From Clostridiales bacterium (lineage in GTDB: Bacteria > Bacillota > Dehalobacteriia > UBA4068), in the NCBI GenBank assembly GCA_040767605.1, contig JAXGOI010000001.1, positions 1,124,607 to 1,188,606 on the forward strand: DNA of 64,000 nt, read 5' to 3'. This document shows, piece after piece, positions 10,119 to 21,385 of this stretch. The notes beneath the pieces are model-generated. The model was not told the origin of the DNA and did not search any database. It was given only the letters and a program-made list of their open reading frames with translations. A program made the position numbers and the translations under genes. The first letter of the stretch is position 1; each line of letters opens with the position of its first letter.

Positions 10119-12770
10119 ATGGGAGGTGTTTTTTTGTTAGGGTTTTTAGCTAAAATATTAGATGATAATGCCCGGGATATAAAAAAATACGGTAAAGTTG
10201 TAGATATTATCAACGGGCTGGAGGGGGAGATTTCCTCCCTGAGTGATGAGGGCTTAAAAAATAAAACCGCGGAATTTAAAAACAGGCTTGATAAGGGGGA
10301 AACCTTGGAGGATTTGCTGCCGGAGGCCTTTGCCGTAGTGCGGGAGGCCGGCAAAAGAGTTTTAAATATGCGCCATTTTGATGTTCAGCTTATAGGGGGC
10401 ATGGCGCTTTTTCATGGCAGAATTGCGGAAATGAAAACCGGGGAAGGTAAAACCCTGGTGGCAACGGCCCCTGCTTACCTTCAGGCTTTAACCGGCAAGG
10501 GTGTGCATATTATAACCGTTAACGATTATTTGGCAAGCAGAGACAGCCAGTGGATGGGGCGGGTTTATAAATTCCTTGGCTTAAGTGTCGGCCTGATTAT
10601 ACACGGCCTGGGGCCGGAAGAAAAAAGGCAGGCCTATGCTGCGGATATTACCTATGGCACCAATAATGAATTTGGCTTTGATTATTTAAGGGATAATATG
10701 GCGGTACACCCCAGCCATATGGTACAGAGGCCTTTAAATTACTGTATTGTAGACGAAGTGGACAGTATTCTTATTGATGAAGCCCGTACCCCTTTAATTA
10801 TTTCCGGCCCTTCCGATAAGCCTACACAGCTTTATTATCAGATTGCCAAAATAATTCCCCGGCTTAAAGACGAAACGGATTATACTGTGGATGAAAAAGT
10901 CCGCAGCGCCGCTTTAACGGAAGAGGGAGTGGCAAGAGTAGAAAAGGCTTTGGGGCTGGAAAACCTCTATGATGATAAAAATACCGAAATTTGCCACCAT
11001 GTTAATCAGGCCTTAAAGGCAAGCGCCTTATTCCGCCGGGATAGGGATTATGTAATAAAAGACGGCCAGGTTATTATTGTAGATGAATTTACCGGGCGTT
11101 TAATGTTCGGCCGCCGCTATAGCGAGGGCCTTCATCAGGCCATTGAGGCTAAAGAAAATGTTAAAATAGAAAGAGAAAGCCAAACCCTGGCTACAATTAC
11201 ATTCCAAAATTATTTTAGAATGTATAATAAACTGGCAGGTATGACGGGTACTGCCAAAACGGAGGAAGAGGAATTCCGTAAAATTTACGGTTTGGATGTT
11301 GTAGAAATACCGACTAATCTCCCAATGATAAGAAAAGATTTATCCGACCGGATTTACAGAACGGAAAAGGGAAAATATAATGCCGTGGTAGAAGAAATTG
11401 CTGCCCATAATAAAGAGGGGCGGCCGGTTTTGGTGGGCACGGTTTCCATAGAAAAATCCGAGCTTATTTCCCTCCTTTTAAAAAATAAGGGTATAGAGCA
11501 TCAGGTTTTAAATGCAAAATTTCATGAAAAAGAGGCGGAAATTGTTTCTCAAGCCGGCAGGCTTAACGCCGTAACTATTGCTACAAATATGGCAGGCCGG
11601 GGTACGGATATTATTTTAGGAGGCAATTATCAGCTTTTAGCCGAAAGGGAAATTGCCGCCCTTGAGGCTCAGTTTGAAGATGAAGAGCAAACTTTAAGCG
11701 GCGCCGAGCGGCAGAGAATTATAGACAGGCATACCGAAGCCTCTAAAAATGAGCATGAAAGAGTTGTGGAATTGGGCGGGCTGCATATTATCGGCACAGA
11801 GCGCCATGAAAGCCGCCGTATAGATAATCAGCTTAGGGGCCGGGCCGCCCGCCAGGGAGACCCCGGTTCTACCTGCTTTTATCTTTCCGCCGAGGATGAT
11901 TTAGTCCGGATTTTTGCCGGGGATTCCATGGCGGGGCTTTTAGATCGCTTTGGGGTGGATGATTCCATGCCTATAGATTCGGGTTTGGTTTCTAAAACCA
12001 TAGAAAACGCCCAGAAAAAGGTAGAGGCCCGCCATTTTGATATCCGTAAAGCCGTCTTAGACTATGATGATGTTATGAATACCCAAAGGGAAATTATTTA
12101 TAAGGAGCGCCGCCAGGCCCTTTATGGGGAAAACCTTCGGGAAAGTGTTTTAGGCATGCTGGAGGATGTTATCGGTCGAATTATCGCTAATTTTACCTCC
12201 GCGGGGCAATATACCGAGGATTGGGATATTCCGGCCCTGCTGGAAGAATTATCTCCCTATTTTGAAAAGAATTGCCCGGACGCTGAAGAAATCCGCTCTC
12301 TGGCAGCGGATGAGGTTGCACCCCTAATTATAGAAAGGCTGAAGGAAAACTACGCCCAAAGAGGGGAAAAGCTGGGGGAAGAAACCCTGTCCGAGCTTGA
12401 GAGAATAGTTATTTTAAAAGTTGTGGACAGCAAATGGATGGATCATCTTGATGCTATGGATCAATTGCGCCAGGGGATTGGCCTTAGGGCCTATGGCCAA
12501 AGGGACCCTCTGGTGGAATATAAATACGAGGCCTTTAATATTTTCCAGCAAATGACGGAAGATATTCAAAATGAGGTTGTCCGCCTTTGCCTCAGGGCAA
12601 ATTTGGTAGAGGCCCCGCAGGAAAGACGGGAAATGACGGAGAACAAGTACCAGGAAGAGACTAAAAAACCCATACGCAAAAGCCCGGAAAAGCAAATAGG
12701 CAGAAATGACCCCTGCCCCTGCGGCAGCGGAAAGAAATATAAAAAATGCTGCGGCAGAGAAGAAGAGTAA
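10119..12770 (+). CDS. secA: preprotein translocase ATPase SecA
   Basis: DEAD motor motifs ([30 protein letters not shown]), C-terminal zinc finger [14 protein letters not shown]; true start may be TTG at 10134 (MLGFLAKIL..., SD GGGAGGTG). Confidence 0.95.
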   Translation: MGGVFLLGFLAKILDDNARDIKKYGKVVDIINGLEGEISSLSDEGLKNKTAEFKNRLDKGETLEDLLPEAFAVVREAGKRVLNMRHFDVQLIGGMALFHGRIAEMKTGEGKTLVATAPAYLQALTGKGVHIITVNDYLASRDSQWMGRVYKFLGLSVGLIIHGLGPEEKRQAYAADITYGTNNEFGFDYLRDNMAVHPSHMVQRPLNYCIVDEVDSILIDEARTPLIISGPSDKPTQLYYQIAKIIPRLKDETDYTVDEKVRSAALTEEGVARVEKALGLENLYDDKNTEICHHVNQALKASALFRRDRDYVIKDGQVIIVDEFTGRLMFGRRYSEGLHQAIEAKENVKIERESQTLATITFQNYFRMYNKLAGMTGTAKTEEEEFRKIYGLDVVEIPTNLPMIRKDLSDRIYRTEKGKYNAVVEEIAAHNKEGRPVLVGTVSIEKSELISLLLKNKGIEHQVLNAKFHEKEAEIVSQAGRLNAVTIATNMAGRGTDIILGGNYQLLAEREIAALEAQFEDEEQTLSGAERQRIIDRHTEASKNEHERVVELGGLHIIGTERHESRRIDNQLRGRAARQGDPGSTCFYLSAEDDLVRIFAGDSMAGLLDRFGVDDSMPIDSGLVSKTIENAQKKVEARHFDIRKAVLDYDDVMNTQREIIYKERRQALYGENLRESVLGMLEDVIGRIIANFTSAGQYTEDWDIPALLEELSPYFEKNCPDAEEIRSLAADEVAPLIIERLKENYAQRGEKLGEETLSELERIVILKVVDSKWMDHLDAMDQLRQGIGLRAYGQRDPLVEYKYEAFNIFQQMTEDIQNEVVRLCLRANLVEAPQERREMTENKYQEETKKPIRKSPEKQIGRNDPCPCGSGKKYKKCCGREEE

Positions 12771-12821
12771 TAAAAGCGGCTTAAAGGCTTTAAAACCAGG
12801 CCTGAAAAAGAGGAGGCAGCC

Positions 12822-13947
12822 ATGGTAGAAGATTTACGCCCTCAAATAAGCGAATACCGCCGGCGGGTTGAAAACCTTAGGAGGTCCCTTTGACATAGAG
12901 GGTAAAGAGGCTAGAATAGCCGAAGCCCAAAAAGAAACCCTGGCGGAAGATTTTTGGCAGGATGCGGAAAAAGCCCGCCGCAAAATGGCCTTTATTAATG
13001 AGCAAAAAGAGGCCGTCAGCCGATATATGGCGCTTAACCAAAACCTTGAAGAAATTGAAGCCCTTTGGGAGCTGGCCTTTGAGGCCGATGACGAGGCCCT
13101 TTGGGCTGAGGGCAAGGGGCTGCTCCGTAATTTTAACAAGCAGCTGGAAAAGGCCGAGCTTGATATTTTATTAAGCGGAGAATATGATAATCATAATGTG
13201 ATTTTATCCCTCCATGCCGGGGCAGGGGGGGTTGAGGCCCAGGATTGGGTAGAAATGCTTTTAAGAATGTATACTCGCTATTGTGATAAAAAAGGCTATA
13301 AAACAGAATTAATAGATTTTCTCCCCGGGGAAGAGGCCGGCATAAAAAGCGCCTCTTTAGCTGTGGAGGGCTTAAATGCCTACGGCTATTTTAAATCGGA
13401 AAAAGGAGTGCACCGCCTGGTGAGAATATCCCCCTTCGATTCTGCAGGCAGGCGCCATACCTCATTTGCCTCCGTTGAGGTTTTGCCTCAGGTGGAGGAA
13501 AATAATGAGGTTGAAATTGATGAGGATGACCTCCGTATAGATACCTTCCGTTCCGGCGGCAAGGGGGGGCAGCATGTAAATAAGACGGATTCCGCCGTGA
13601 GAATTACCCATATTCCCACCGGCATAGTTGTTCAATGCCAAAATGAGCGCTCTCAGCTCTCCAATAAAGATAAAGCCATGAAAATGCTTTACGCCAAGCT
13701 TTTGGATTTAAAAATTCAAAAGAAGGAGGCCGAGCTTAACAGCATTCGGGGGGATACTCAGGAAATAGCCTGGGGCAGTCAAATCCGCTCTTATGTTTTT
13801 CAGCCCTACCGCCTGGTTAAAGACCATAGAACAAATTTTGAAGCCGGTAATGTGGATGCCGTTATGGATGGGGAAATTGAGGATTTTATTTCGGCTTATT
13901 TGCAAATGCAATCTTTAGGCAGAAACTCTTTAGAAAAAACTTTTTAG
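12822..13947 (+). CDS. prfB: peptide chain release factor 2, expressed via programmed +1 frameshift (join 12822..12890, 12892..13947)
   Basis: ORF0 ATG 12822 ends at in-frame TGA 12891-12893 inside CTT TGA C, preceded by AGGAGG; +1 frame continues DIEGKEARIAEAQKE...; SPF and GGQ motifs downstream. Confidence 0.9.
12879..12894 (+). promoter_or_regulatory. prfB recoding site: internal SD-like AGGAGG followed by CUU UGA C shifty stop
   Basis: sequence AGGAGGTCCCTTTGAC read directly. Confidence 0.85.
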
Positions 13948-14003
13948 AACAAACCTTATAAGCAGCAAAGCGATTTAATAAATAGCTTTAAAAGGATGCG
14001 TAT

Positions 14004-14924
14004 ATGCAAAAGGATAAACCTAAAGAAGAAGCAAATGCTTTAGAAAAAACCAAAGCCCCGGCAGAATTTAATAATTCAGAGGGAAATACACAAATAAAAG
14101 AGATTAAAACCTTTGCCAAGGCAGATTTTGACTCTGTTTTGCCAAAGGAATTTTCCTCCCGGAGCAGGAATGAGTACAGAAGTAAAATGCGTAAAAGAAG
14201 AACGGCTCTTCAATTTACAGTATTTTGCGGTTTTTTACTGGTGTTTTCTTATTTATGGGCCGGTATTTTTATGCCCTTAAGGGGCGAAGGCCAGGTGGCG
14301 GAGAGCTTTAAGCAGGGCCTTGAGGCCTCAACAGCTTCCGCTAAAATAAAGGCCGGGGCCCGGCAATTTTTTAAAGGCGGGGTAAATTCTTTAATTTTGA
14401 ATTTGGAATTCCCCCAGGCCTCCCCTTTAAATTTAAGGGCTTTGGAGGCCAAATGGCTTAATTCCTCCAATATTTTTAAAGAAATTAAAGCCGGCCGGGG
14501 AGGCGGGGAGGAAAACACCCCTCAAGAGCTTACACTTTTTTGGGATGAGGAGGCCCTTGGCGGCTATTTGGAAAAGGCTGTTTTAGCCGGTTTTGATTTT
14601 AGCGATTCCCCTGAGGTAAAAATAAAAAAAGATGCAATAATAATTAAGGGCGGCCTTGAGCTTTGGGGGGCAAAAAGAGTCCTTTCTATTGCCCTTTTGC
14701 CTCAGGTAATCGAGGGGGATTTAGTCTTTTCTCTTAAAGAGATTAAATCCGACGGAGGAATTCTTGACTCTTTTATTGAAGGAAAGCTTAGGGAAGGAAA
14801 GTTTGGGGAGAATTTTATTTTGCCTGTGGAAATCCCCAAGCTGGGTTGGAAGATAAACGCTGAAAGCCTTCAGCTTAATGAAGGTAAAATGGAGCTTAAG
14901 GCGGTTGCAAAAAACTTGCCTTAA
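14004..14924 (+). CDS. hypothetical membrane-anchored protein
   Basis: charged N-terminus, one TM helix (LQFTVFCGFLLVFSYLWAGIF), extracytoplasmic domain without recognised motif. Confidence 0.5.
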   Translation: MQKDKPKEEANALEKTKAPAEFNNSEGNTQIKEIKTFAKADFDSVLPKEFSSRSRNEYRSKMRKRRTALQFTVFCGFLLVFSYLWAGIFMPLRGEGQVAESFKQGLEASTASAKIKAGARQFFKGGVNSLILNLEFPQASPLNLRALEAKWLNSSNIFKEIKAGRGGGEENTPQELTLFWDEEALGGYLEKAVLAGFDFSDSPEVKIKKDAIIIKGGLELWGAKRVLSIALLPQVIEGDLVFSLKEIKSDGGILDSFIEGKLREGKFGENFILPVEIPKLGWKINAESLQLNEGKMELKAVAKNLP

Positions 14925-15006
14925 GGCTTAAAGGCCTTTTAAGGCTAAAATTGTTTTTAATTAAAACCGCCAAATAAGGGCGGAGAATAAAAATAAAGAG
15001 GTGTAT

Positions 15007-15816
15007 GGAATGTCTCAAAAAACTCAAGAAAAGGCATTGGAAATCCGTAGGCAAATTATAAAAATGCTTACCGCTGCCGGTTCCGGGCATCCAGGAGGCT
15101 CTCTTTCTGCCGCGGATATTATGGCGGTTTTATATTTTCAGGAGCTTAAGCTGGACCCTGAAAACCCCCACTGGAAAGAGAGGGACCGCTTTATACTTTC
15201 CAAAGGCCATGCCGCACCAGCCCTTTATGCCGCTTTGGCTTTAAAAGGTTATTGCGGCTTAGAAGAGCTGGCAAATCTGCGCCGTTTAGGCAGCCGCCTT
15301 CAGGGGCATCCGGATATGCGTAAATTCCCGGGGATAGAAATTTCCACCGGCTCTTTGGGCCAGGGGCTTTCCGCCGCCTGCGGTATGGCATTAGCCTCCC
15401 GCCTGGATAAGCTTAATAATACAGTTTTTGTTCTTATGGGGGACGGCGAGGTTCAAGAGGGGCAGGTTTGGGAGGCCGCCATGTTTGCCGCCCATTATAA
15501 GCTGGATAATCTTATTGCCTTTATTGACCATAACGGTTTGCAAATAGACGGCAATATTTGCGATGTTTTATCCCCCGAGCCCCTTCCTGAAAAATGGCTT
15601 AGCTTTAACTGGCATGTTCAGGTAATAGACGGCCATGACCATAATGAAATTACCCGGGCCATTGCAAATGCCCGCAGTGAAAAGGGCCGCCCCTCCATGA
15701 TAATTGCCAATACCGTTAAGGGTAAAGGGGTTAGCTTTATGGAGAACCAGGCCGGCTGGCATGGGAATGCCCCTAAAGAAGAACAATGCAGCCAGGCTCT
15801 GGCGGAATTGGTTTAA
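15007..15816 (+). CDS. transketolase, N-terminal (TPP-binding) subunit
   Basis: [32 protein letters not shown] motifs; split two-subunit transketolase. Confidence 0.9.
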   Translation, partial: GMSQKTQEKALEIRRQIIKMLTAAGSGHPGGSLSAADIMAVLYFQELKLDPENPHWKERDRFILSKGHAAPALYAALALKGYCGLEELANLRRLGSRLQGHPDMRKFPGIEISTGSLGQGLSAACGMALASRLDKLNNTVFVLMGDGEVQEGQVWEAAMFAAHYKLDNLIAFIDHNGLQIDGNICDVLSPEPLPEKWLSFNWHVQVIDGHDHNEITRAIANARSEKGRPSMIIANTVKGKGVSFMENQAGWHGNAPKEEQCSQALAELV

Positions 15817-15828
15817 GGAGGCTTAAAA

Positions 15829-16773
15829 ATGAAAAAGATTGCAACCCGTGAGGCCTATGGTAAGGCTCTTGCCGCCTTAGGGCGGATTAATTCGGATATA
15901 GTAGTTTTAGATGCAGACCTTTCAAAATCCACTAAAACGGCGGATTTTGCCCAGGAATTCCCTGAGCGCTTCTTTAATGCCGGTATTGCGGAGCAGAATA
16001 TGATGGGGGTTGCGGCAGGCCTTGCCGCCGCCGGTAAAATCCCCTTTGCCAGCACTTTTGCGGTTTTCGCCTCCGGCCGGGCTTTTGAGCAAATCCGTAA
16101 TAGTATTGCCTATACAGGGCTTGGGGTAAAAATAGCGGCTACCCATGCCGGTATAACAGTGGGAGAGGACGGCGGCTCTCACCAGGCCATTGAAGATATT
16201 GCCCTTATGCGCTCCCTCCCCGGGATGAAGGTGGTTGTTCCCTGTGATGCCGAGGAAACCGCCCAGGCCGTAAAGGCCCTGGCTGAAGATAACGGCCCGG
16301 CATATTTGCGCCTGGGGCGCCTGGGCACCCCGGAGATTAATGATAGCTCTTATAAATTTAAATTAGGCAAAGGGGTTTTATTGCGCAAGGGTACCGATGT
16401 GGTTATTTTTGCCTGCGGGATGATGGTTGCCCCGGCTCTTGAGGCTGCGGAGCTTTTAGCTCAGGAGAGTATACAGGTAGCTGTTGTTAATATTCATACC
16501 CTTAAGCCTTTGGATACTGAATTAATTAATGAGCTGGCCACTGCCTGCGGCGCCGCTATTACAGTAGAAGAGCATAGTATAATCGGCGGTTTGGGCAGCG
16601 CAGTTGCGGAAACCCTAGTGGAAAATACTCCTATCCCAATGATAAGAGTAGGAATAAGAGATACCTTCGGCCAATCGGGCAGCCCCGCCGTTTTACTGGA
16701 AAAATACGGCCTGACCCCTATTTATATTGCAGGCTGGGCCAAAAAGGCTATGGCCCGTAAATCCCATAAATAA
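15829..16773 (+). CDS. transketolase, C-terminal (pyrimidine-binding) subunit
   Basis: immediately follows the N-terminal subunit; AEQNMMGVAAGLA motif. Confidence 0.9.
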   Translation: MKKIATREAYGKALAALGRINSDIVVLDADLSKSTKTADFAQEFPERFFNAGIAEQNMMGVAAGLAAAGKIPFASTFAVFASGRAFEQIRNSIAYTGLGVKIAATHAGITVGEDGGSHQAIEDIALMRSLPGMKVVVPCDAEETAQAVKALAEDNGPAYLRLGRLGTPEINDSSYKFKLGKGVLLRKGTDVVIFACGMMVAPALEAAELLAQESIQVAVVNIHTLKPLDTELINELATACGAAITVEEHSIIGGLGSAVAETLVENTPIPMIRVGIRDTFGQSGSPAVLLEKYGLTPIYIAGWAKKAMARKSHK

Positions 16774-17226
16774 AGATAAAAATAACTGGTAAGTTCGGAA
16801 GTATAAATAAAAGCCTGGATAAAAATATAATTAAAAACTATAAACGAAATAAAGCCCTCAATAAGAAAATTTTATTGGGGGCTTTATTATTTTGCTTAAA
16901 ACTCAATGGCCTTAAAGCCCGCTAAATGACGAAATAAACATATAGAAGGGGAACAAAGGCCAAGAGAGAATAGTCCCAATAAAGAGGATTGTTTTAATAA
17001 AGAGCATGATTAGGATAAAGCCGGGCTTAATACAGACAAACACCCTTAAATTAAGGGCGGCCCCTATAAAAAAGCCTTTTTAAAGGAGCTTTTTTAATCG
17101 ATACGCTTTTTATTTATAAAGGGGAGAATACTTAAAGGGCTGTTAAAATATTCCAGATATGTTTTTGATTTAAAAAAGAGCAGGAAATAGGCATTTAGCT
17201 GTCGAAAAAGATATATTTATTACCCC

Positions 17227-17244
17227 GGTTAACTCAAGTTAACC
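17227..17244. promoter_or_regulatory. perfect 7 bp inverted repeat GGTTAAC-tcaa-GTTAACC about 24 nt upstream of ftsE start
   Basis: read directly; candidate operator or 5' UTR hairpin. Confidence 0.3.
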
Positions 17245-17267
17245 CGAAAAAACAAAGGGGAAATTTT

Positions 17268-17948
17268 ATGCTAATCCAAGCTGTAAATTTATGTAAATGT
17301 TATGCAAACGGCCTTGTGGCTTTAAAAGATATAAATTTAAATATCAGCAAAGGAGAATTTGTCTTTCTCACAGGGCAAAGCGGGGCCGGCAAAAGCACTC
17401 TTATCCGCCTGCTTTTTCGGGAGGAATTGCCCACTTCCGGGCAAATACTTATTGCCGGGCGCAGTATTGTAAGGCTTTCTCATGTGCAAACAGTTGCCCT
17501 GCGGCGCAATAGCGGGGTAATTTTTCAGGATTTCCGCCTTTTGGAAAATAATAATATTTTTGATAATGTGGCTCTCACCATGAAAGCCGTAGGGGCCCCT
17601 TGGCAGGAAATAAAAATAAGAGTGCCGGAGATTTTAGAAAGAGTAGGCCTAAAGGGGCGGGAGAAGGAAAGGGTTATTCATCTTTCCGGCGGCGAGCAGC
17701 AAAGAGTAGCCGTTGCCCGGGCCATAATTAATAAACCTATGATTGTTTATGCCGATGAGCCAACCGGGGATTTAGACCCCCAAACCTCCGCCGAGCTAAT
17801 GGAGCTTTTTATGGAAATAAATAAAGAGGGCACTACTATTATTATGGCTACCCATGATAAAGAAATTGTTAATGCCCATCGCTGCCGGGTTATTACTTTA
17901 TCCCGCGGGCAAATGCTAAGCGATACCGTGGGGGGGTGGGCATTATAA
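17268..17948 (+). CDS. ftsE: cell division ATP-binding protein FtsE
   Basis: Walker A GQSGAGKST, signature LSGGEQQRVAVARA, Walker B; followed by ftsX. Confidence 0.9.
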   Translation: MLIQAVNLCKCYANGLVALKDINLNISKGEFVFLTGQSGAGKSTLIRLLFREELPTSGQILIAGRSIVRLSHVQTVALRRNSGVIFQDFRLLENNNIFDNVALTMKAVGAPWQEIKIRVPEILERVGLKGREKERVIHLSGGEQQRVAVARAIINKPMIVYADEPTGDLDPQTSAELMELFMEINKEGTTIIMATHDKEIVNAHRCRVITLSRGQMLSDTVGGWAL

Positions 17949-18832
17949 AAGGCTCTTATTTCAGATATGTTTTTCCCCAGGCCCTTAAATCTTTAAGGAT
18001 TAATGGCTGGATGACTTTTGCGGCAATATTTACAATTGCAATTTCCCTTTTTTTATGCGTAATGTTTTGGCTTTTAATTATTAATTTAGATGCCAATGCC
18101 ACCGTTATAGAATCTGAGGTTGAAATTATCGGCTATATCAGCGATGATATCCCCGAGGGGGATTATTATTTAATTGAGAATGCCTTAAAAAGCCTTCCCG
18201 GCTGCGCCAGCGTTGGGTATATCAGTAAAGAAGAGGGCTTAAGGCGCCTGGCCCCCCGTTTTGGGGGGGAGGAGGAATTGCTTGCCTCCTTAGGCGGGGT
18301 TAACCCTTTGCCTAGCAGCTATTATATAAAAGCCCTTACCCCCGGGGATGTAGCCCCCTTAGCGAAAATGATGGAAGGGGTTGCCGGGATTACCAGTGTT
18401 CGCTATGGCCAGGGTACGGTGGATAAGCTTTTTGCCTTTACGGATATTGTTCGTAAGGCCGGCCTGGGCATTATGCTGCTTTTAGGCTTTGCCGCCATTA
18501 TGCTGGTAGCAATGACTATCCGGATAACGGTTTATGCCCGCCGTAAAGAAATTATGGTTATGAAATGGGTTGGGGCAACCAACTGGTTTATTCGCTGGCC
18601 CTTTTTATTGGAAGGGATTATTTTAGGGCTGGCAGGCTCAATAGCCGCCGTGGTTTTGGCCCTTGTTGCCTATAATAATGCATTTGCCTATATTGGGGGA
18701 ATAGTTCCCTTTTTAACCTTTTTAGAAACAGCCGCTATTTGCCGGGCTGTTGCCTTATATTCAATTATAGGCGGTATTTTAATGGGGGCTGTCGGCAGTA
18801 TTGTTTCTATGGCGAGGTTCCTTAATGTTTAA
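17936..18832 (+). CDS. ftsX: cell division permease-like protein FtsX
   Basis: overlaps ftsE stop, 4 TM helices with large extracellular loop. Confidence 0.85.
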   Translation: MGIIKGSYFRYVFPQALKSLRINGWMTFAAIFTIAISLFLCVMFWLLIINLDANATVIESEVEIIGYISDDIPEGDYYLIENALKSLPGCASVGYISKEEGLRRLAPRFGGEEELLASLGGVNPLPSSYYIKALTPGDVAPLAKMMEGVAGITSVRYGQGTVDKLFAFTDIVRKAGLGIMLLLGFAAIMLVAMTIRITVYARRKEIMVMKWVGATNWFIRWPFLLEGIILGLAGSIAAVVLALVAYNNAFAYIGGIVPFLTFLETAAICRAVALYSIIGGILMGAVGSIVSMARFLNV

Positions 18833-18847
18833 AGAAGGGGGCTTGGC

Positions 18848-20056
18848 ATGTTTAAACAGAATAAAATAGAAACGGGAAAAGAAGTAAAAAAGCAGGGCTT
18901 TAAACAAATAAAATGGCCTGTTTACATATTATTAGCAATTTCACTATGCCTTTTAGGCTCTTTTATGCTGCCGGAAAGAGGAATAGCCGCCGGAGACCCT
19001 TTGTCTGAATACAAAGCGGAGCAAAAGCGCCTGAAGGATGAAATGAATGCTCAGAAAAAGCTTATTGCCCAGCAGAATGCGGCAAAAAAAGATATTCAGG
19101 GAGAAATAAACGATTTGGATTTAGATATAGACCGCCTGGAAAAGGATATGGAAAGCGCCAATATTCAGCTGCAGGTTTTGCAAACCCAATTAGGGGAGAT
19201 AGAAAACCAATTAGATGATGCCCTCTCAAGGCTGGATAAGCGAACACTGCTCCTGCAAAACAGGGTTTTAGAGATTTATACCAATGGGGATGTAACCCTT
19301 TATGATGTTTTATTTGACAGCACCAATTACAGCGATTTTCTAATGCGTATTGATATGCTTGAGATTATTATTCAGCAGGATTTAGTTTTATTGGAAGAAA
19401 TTAAGGCGGATAAGGCTTTAATTGAGGAACAAAAAGCCTTAAAAGAAAAGCGCTTTAATGATTTGATTGAGTTAAGGCAGATAAAGGCTAATTCCATCAG
19501 CGAGCTCTCAGGCCTTCAAGGGCAAAAGGCGGAAAAGCTTGAGGCAATAGAAAAGGATAAAAAAGCCGCCGAGGCTGCTTTTGCGGCTATGGAGGCGGCC
19601 TCTAATGATATTGCCGCCCAAATCCGTAAAATTCAGGAGGCCTCAAAAGATAAAGGGGTTTTTAACGGAGTTTTTAAATGGCCGCTCCCCGGCCATTCTA
19701 GAATAACATCAGATTACGGTATGCGGTTTCATCCTACTTTAAAGCAGAATAAATTACATACCGGGGTTGATATCGGGGCCCCTAACGGAACCACTATTAT
19801 TGCGGCGGAAAGCGGCACGGTTATTTTTTCCGGCTGGAATAATGCCTATGGGCAAATGGTAATTATTGATCATGGCGGGGGTATTTCCAGCTTATATGCC
19901 CATATGTCTAAAATTGCGGTTTCCGACGGCAAGGCTGTATCCCAGGGGGCTACCGTGGGTTATGTGGGGAGCACCGGCTGGAGTACCGGTAATCATCTGC
20001 ATTTTGAAGTTAGGGTAAACGGCAGCCCCGTTAACCCCTGGACTTATTTAAAATAG
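18848..20056 (+). CDS. coiled-coil M23 family peptidoglycan endopeptidase (EnvC/PcsB-like, FtsEX-associated)
   Basis: signal anchor, long coiled coil, C-terminal M23 motifs (HTGVDIGAPNGT...GNHLHFEV). Confidence 0.85.
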   Translation: MFKQNKIETGKEVKKQGFKQIKWPVYILLAISLCLLGSFMLPERGIAAGDPLSEYKAEQKRLKDEMNAQKKLIAQQNAAKKDIQGEINDLDLDIDRLEKDMESANIQLQVLQTQLGEIENQLDDALSRLDKRTLLLQNRVLEIYTNGDVTLYDVLFDSTNYSDFLMRIDMLEIIIQQDLVLLEEIKADKALIEEQKALKEKRFNDLIELRQIKANSISELSGLQGQKAEKLEAIEKDKKAAEAAFAAMEAASNDIAAQIRKIQEASKDKGVFNGVFKWPLPGHSRITSDYGMRFHPTLKQNKLHTGVDIGAPNGTTIIAAESGTVIFSGWNNAYGQMVIIDHGGGISSLYAHMSKIAVSDGKAVSQGATVGYVGSTGWSTGNHLHFEVRVNGSPVNPWTYLK

Positions 20057-20188
20057 CTGCCCCTTAAAAGGCAGTTATTTATTAAGGCCCTCCCGGGCAG
20101 AATAGGATTATTGCTTAAAGAGTATTATTGATTAAATAGTATTTTTGGTTTAGATAGTATTTTGGGTTTAAATGGAAGAGGGGGAGAT

Positions 20189-21328
20189 ATGCAAAAAACC
20201 TTTAGCTTATTATCGCTTTTATTAATTATTTTGCTTATTCTTTTGCCCGGCTGCGTAAATCAGCAGTTGGGGGAGACTTTATCCGGCCCGGGCATAAATG
20301 CCCGGGAGGCGGCGATTGCCATAGATAATCTGATGAGCGATCTTTTAGGGGAAAATAAAGATAATTACGCCACTTATTTTACCCCGGAGGAATATGAAGA
20401 AATTTACGGTAAATATACCGGCAGCTTTGGGGGGGTAGGGGTATATTTAATCGCCCAGGAAGATGAGGGCTACCCCCTGATTGTTAATACCATGAAGGGC
20501 CGCCCCGCGGATTTATCCGGGGTGCAGCCCGGGGATATTCTTTTATCCATTGATGATGAAAGTACAGCCTTTTTAGATATTGATTTAGTTGCCCGCATGG
20601 TTAAGGGTGAGATCGGCACCATGGTTAAGCTGGAAGTTTACCGTCCAAATGACGGCACTACTCAGTTTATTTCCGTTTGCAGAGGCTTAATAGAAACAGA
20701 AAGCGTAAACGGCAAGATGCTTGCCGGTGAGAGTGGTATTTCATATATTGCGGTTTATGATTTTAATAATCATACCCCGGAGGAATTTGTTAAAATATTT
20801 AATCAGTTAAATAAGAATGACGCCGTAAAAGCCCTGGTTTTGGATTTAAGGAATAATGGGGGGGGCAGTGTGGAAGCCGCGGTAGATTTAGCCTCCTTTT
20901 TTGTGCCTAAGGGAGAAGTTATTTTTTGGCAGAAAAAGGCGGAGGGCATGGCAAATTACCGCTCCAGCTCAAATCAAACTTTAAAGCTGCCTTTAGTTTG
21001 CCTGCAAAACGGTTCCAGCGCCAGTGCTTCGGAAATGGTAATCGGGGCGATAAAAGACCACGGCTTAGGTGTAACCCTGGGGGAGACCAGCTTCGGCAAG
21101 GGTATAACCCAATTGATATACCCCTTAAAAAGCGGGGCGGCCCTGCGCTATACCGAAAGCAAGTATTTTACCCCCAATAAGTATGATCTTCATAATAAGG
21201 GCATAGAACCCCAAATTAAAATTGAAAACAAGGCGGATTTTTTCCCCGATGTAAGTAAGCCGGACCCTAAAAATGATGCCCAGCTGCAAAAAGCTGTGGA
21301 AATATTAATGGAGCAGCTTGATTCTTAA
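20189..21328 (+). CDS. ctpA: S41 family C-terminal processing peptidase
   Basis: PDZ segment (GVQPGDILLSIDD), S41 motifs (LDLRNNGGG, GSSASASEMV), terminator at 21354-21385. Confidence 0.85.
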   Translation: MQKTFSLLSLLLIILLILLPGCVNQQLGETLSGPGINAREAAIAIDNLMSDLLGENKDNYATYFTPEEYEEIYGKYTGSFGGVGVYLIAQEDEGYPLIVNTMKGRPADLSGVQPGDILLSIDDESTAFLDIDLVARMVKGEIGTMVKLEVYRPNDGTTQFISVCRGLIETESVNGKMLAGESGISYIAVYDFNNHTPEEFVKIFNQLNKNDAVKALVLDLRNNGGGSVEAAVDLASFFVPKGEVIFWQKKAEGMANYRSSSNQTLKLPLVCLQNGSSASASEMVIGAIKDHGLGVTLGETSFGKGITQLIYPLKSGAALRYTESKYFTPNKYDLHNKGIEPQIKIENKADFFPDVSKPDPKNDAQLQKAVEILMEQLDS

Positions 21329-21353
21329 AATATCTTTAAAATTAATTTTAGAT

Positions 21354-21385
21354 AAAAAAGAGCCGAAGTACGGCTCTTTTTTATT
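21354..21385 (+). terminator. Rho-independent terminator after ctpA
   Basis: AGAGCCGaagtaCGGCTCT followed by TTTTTTATT. Confidence 0.7.
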
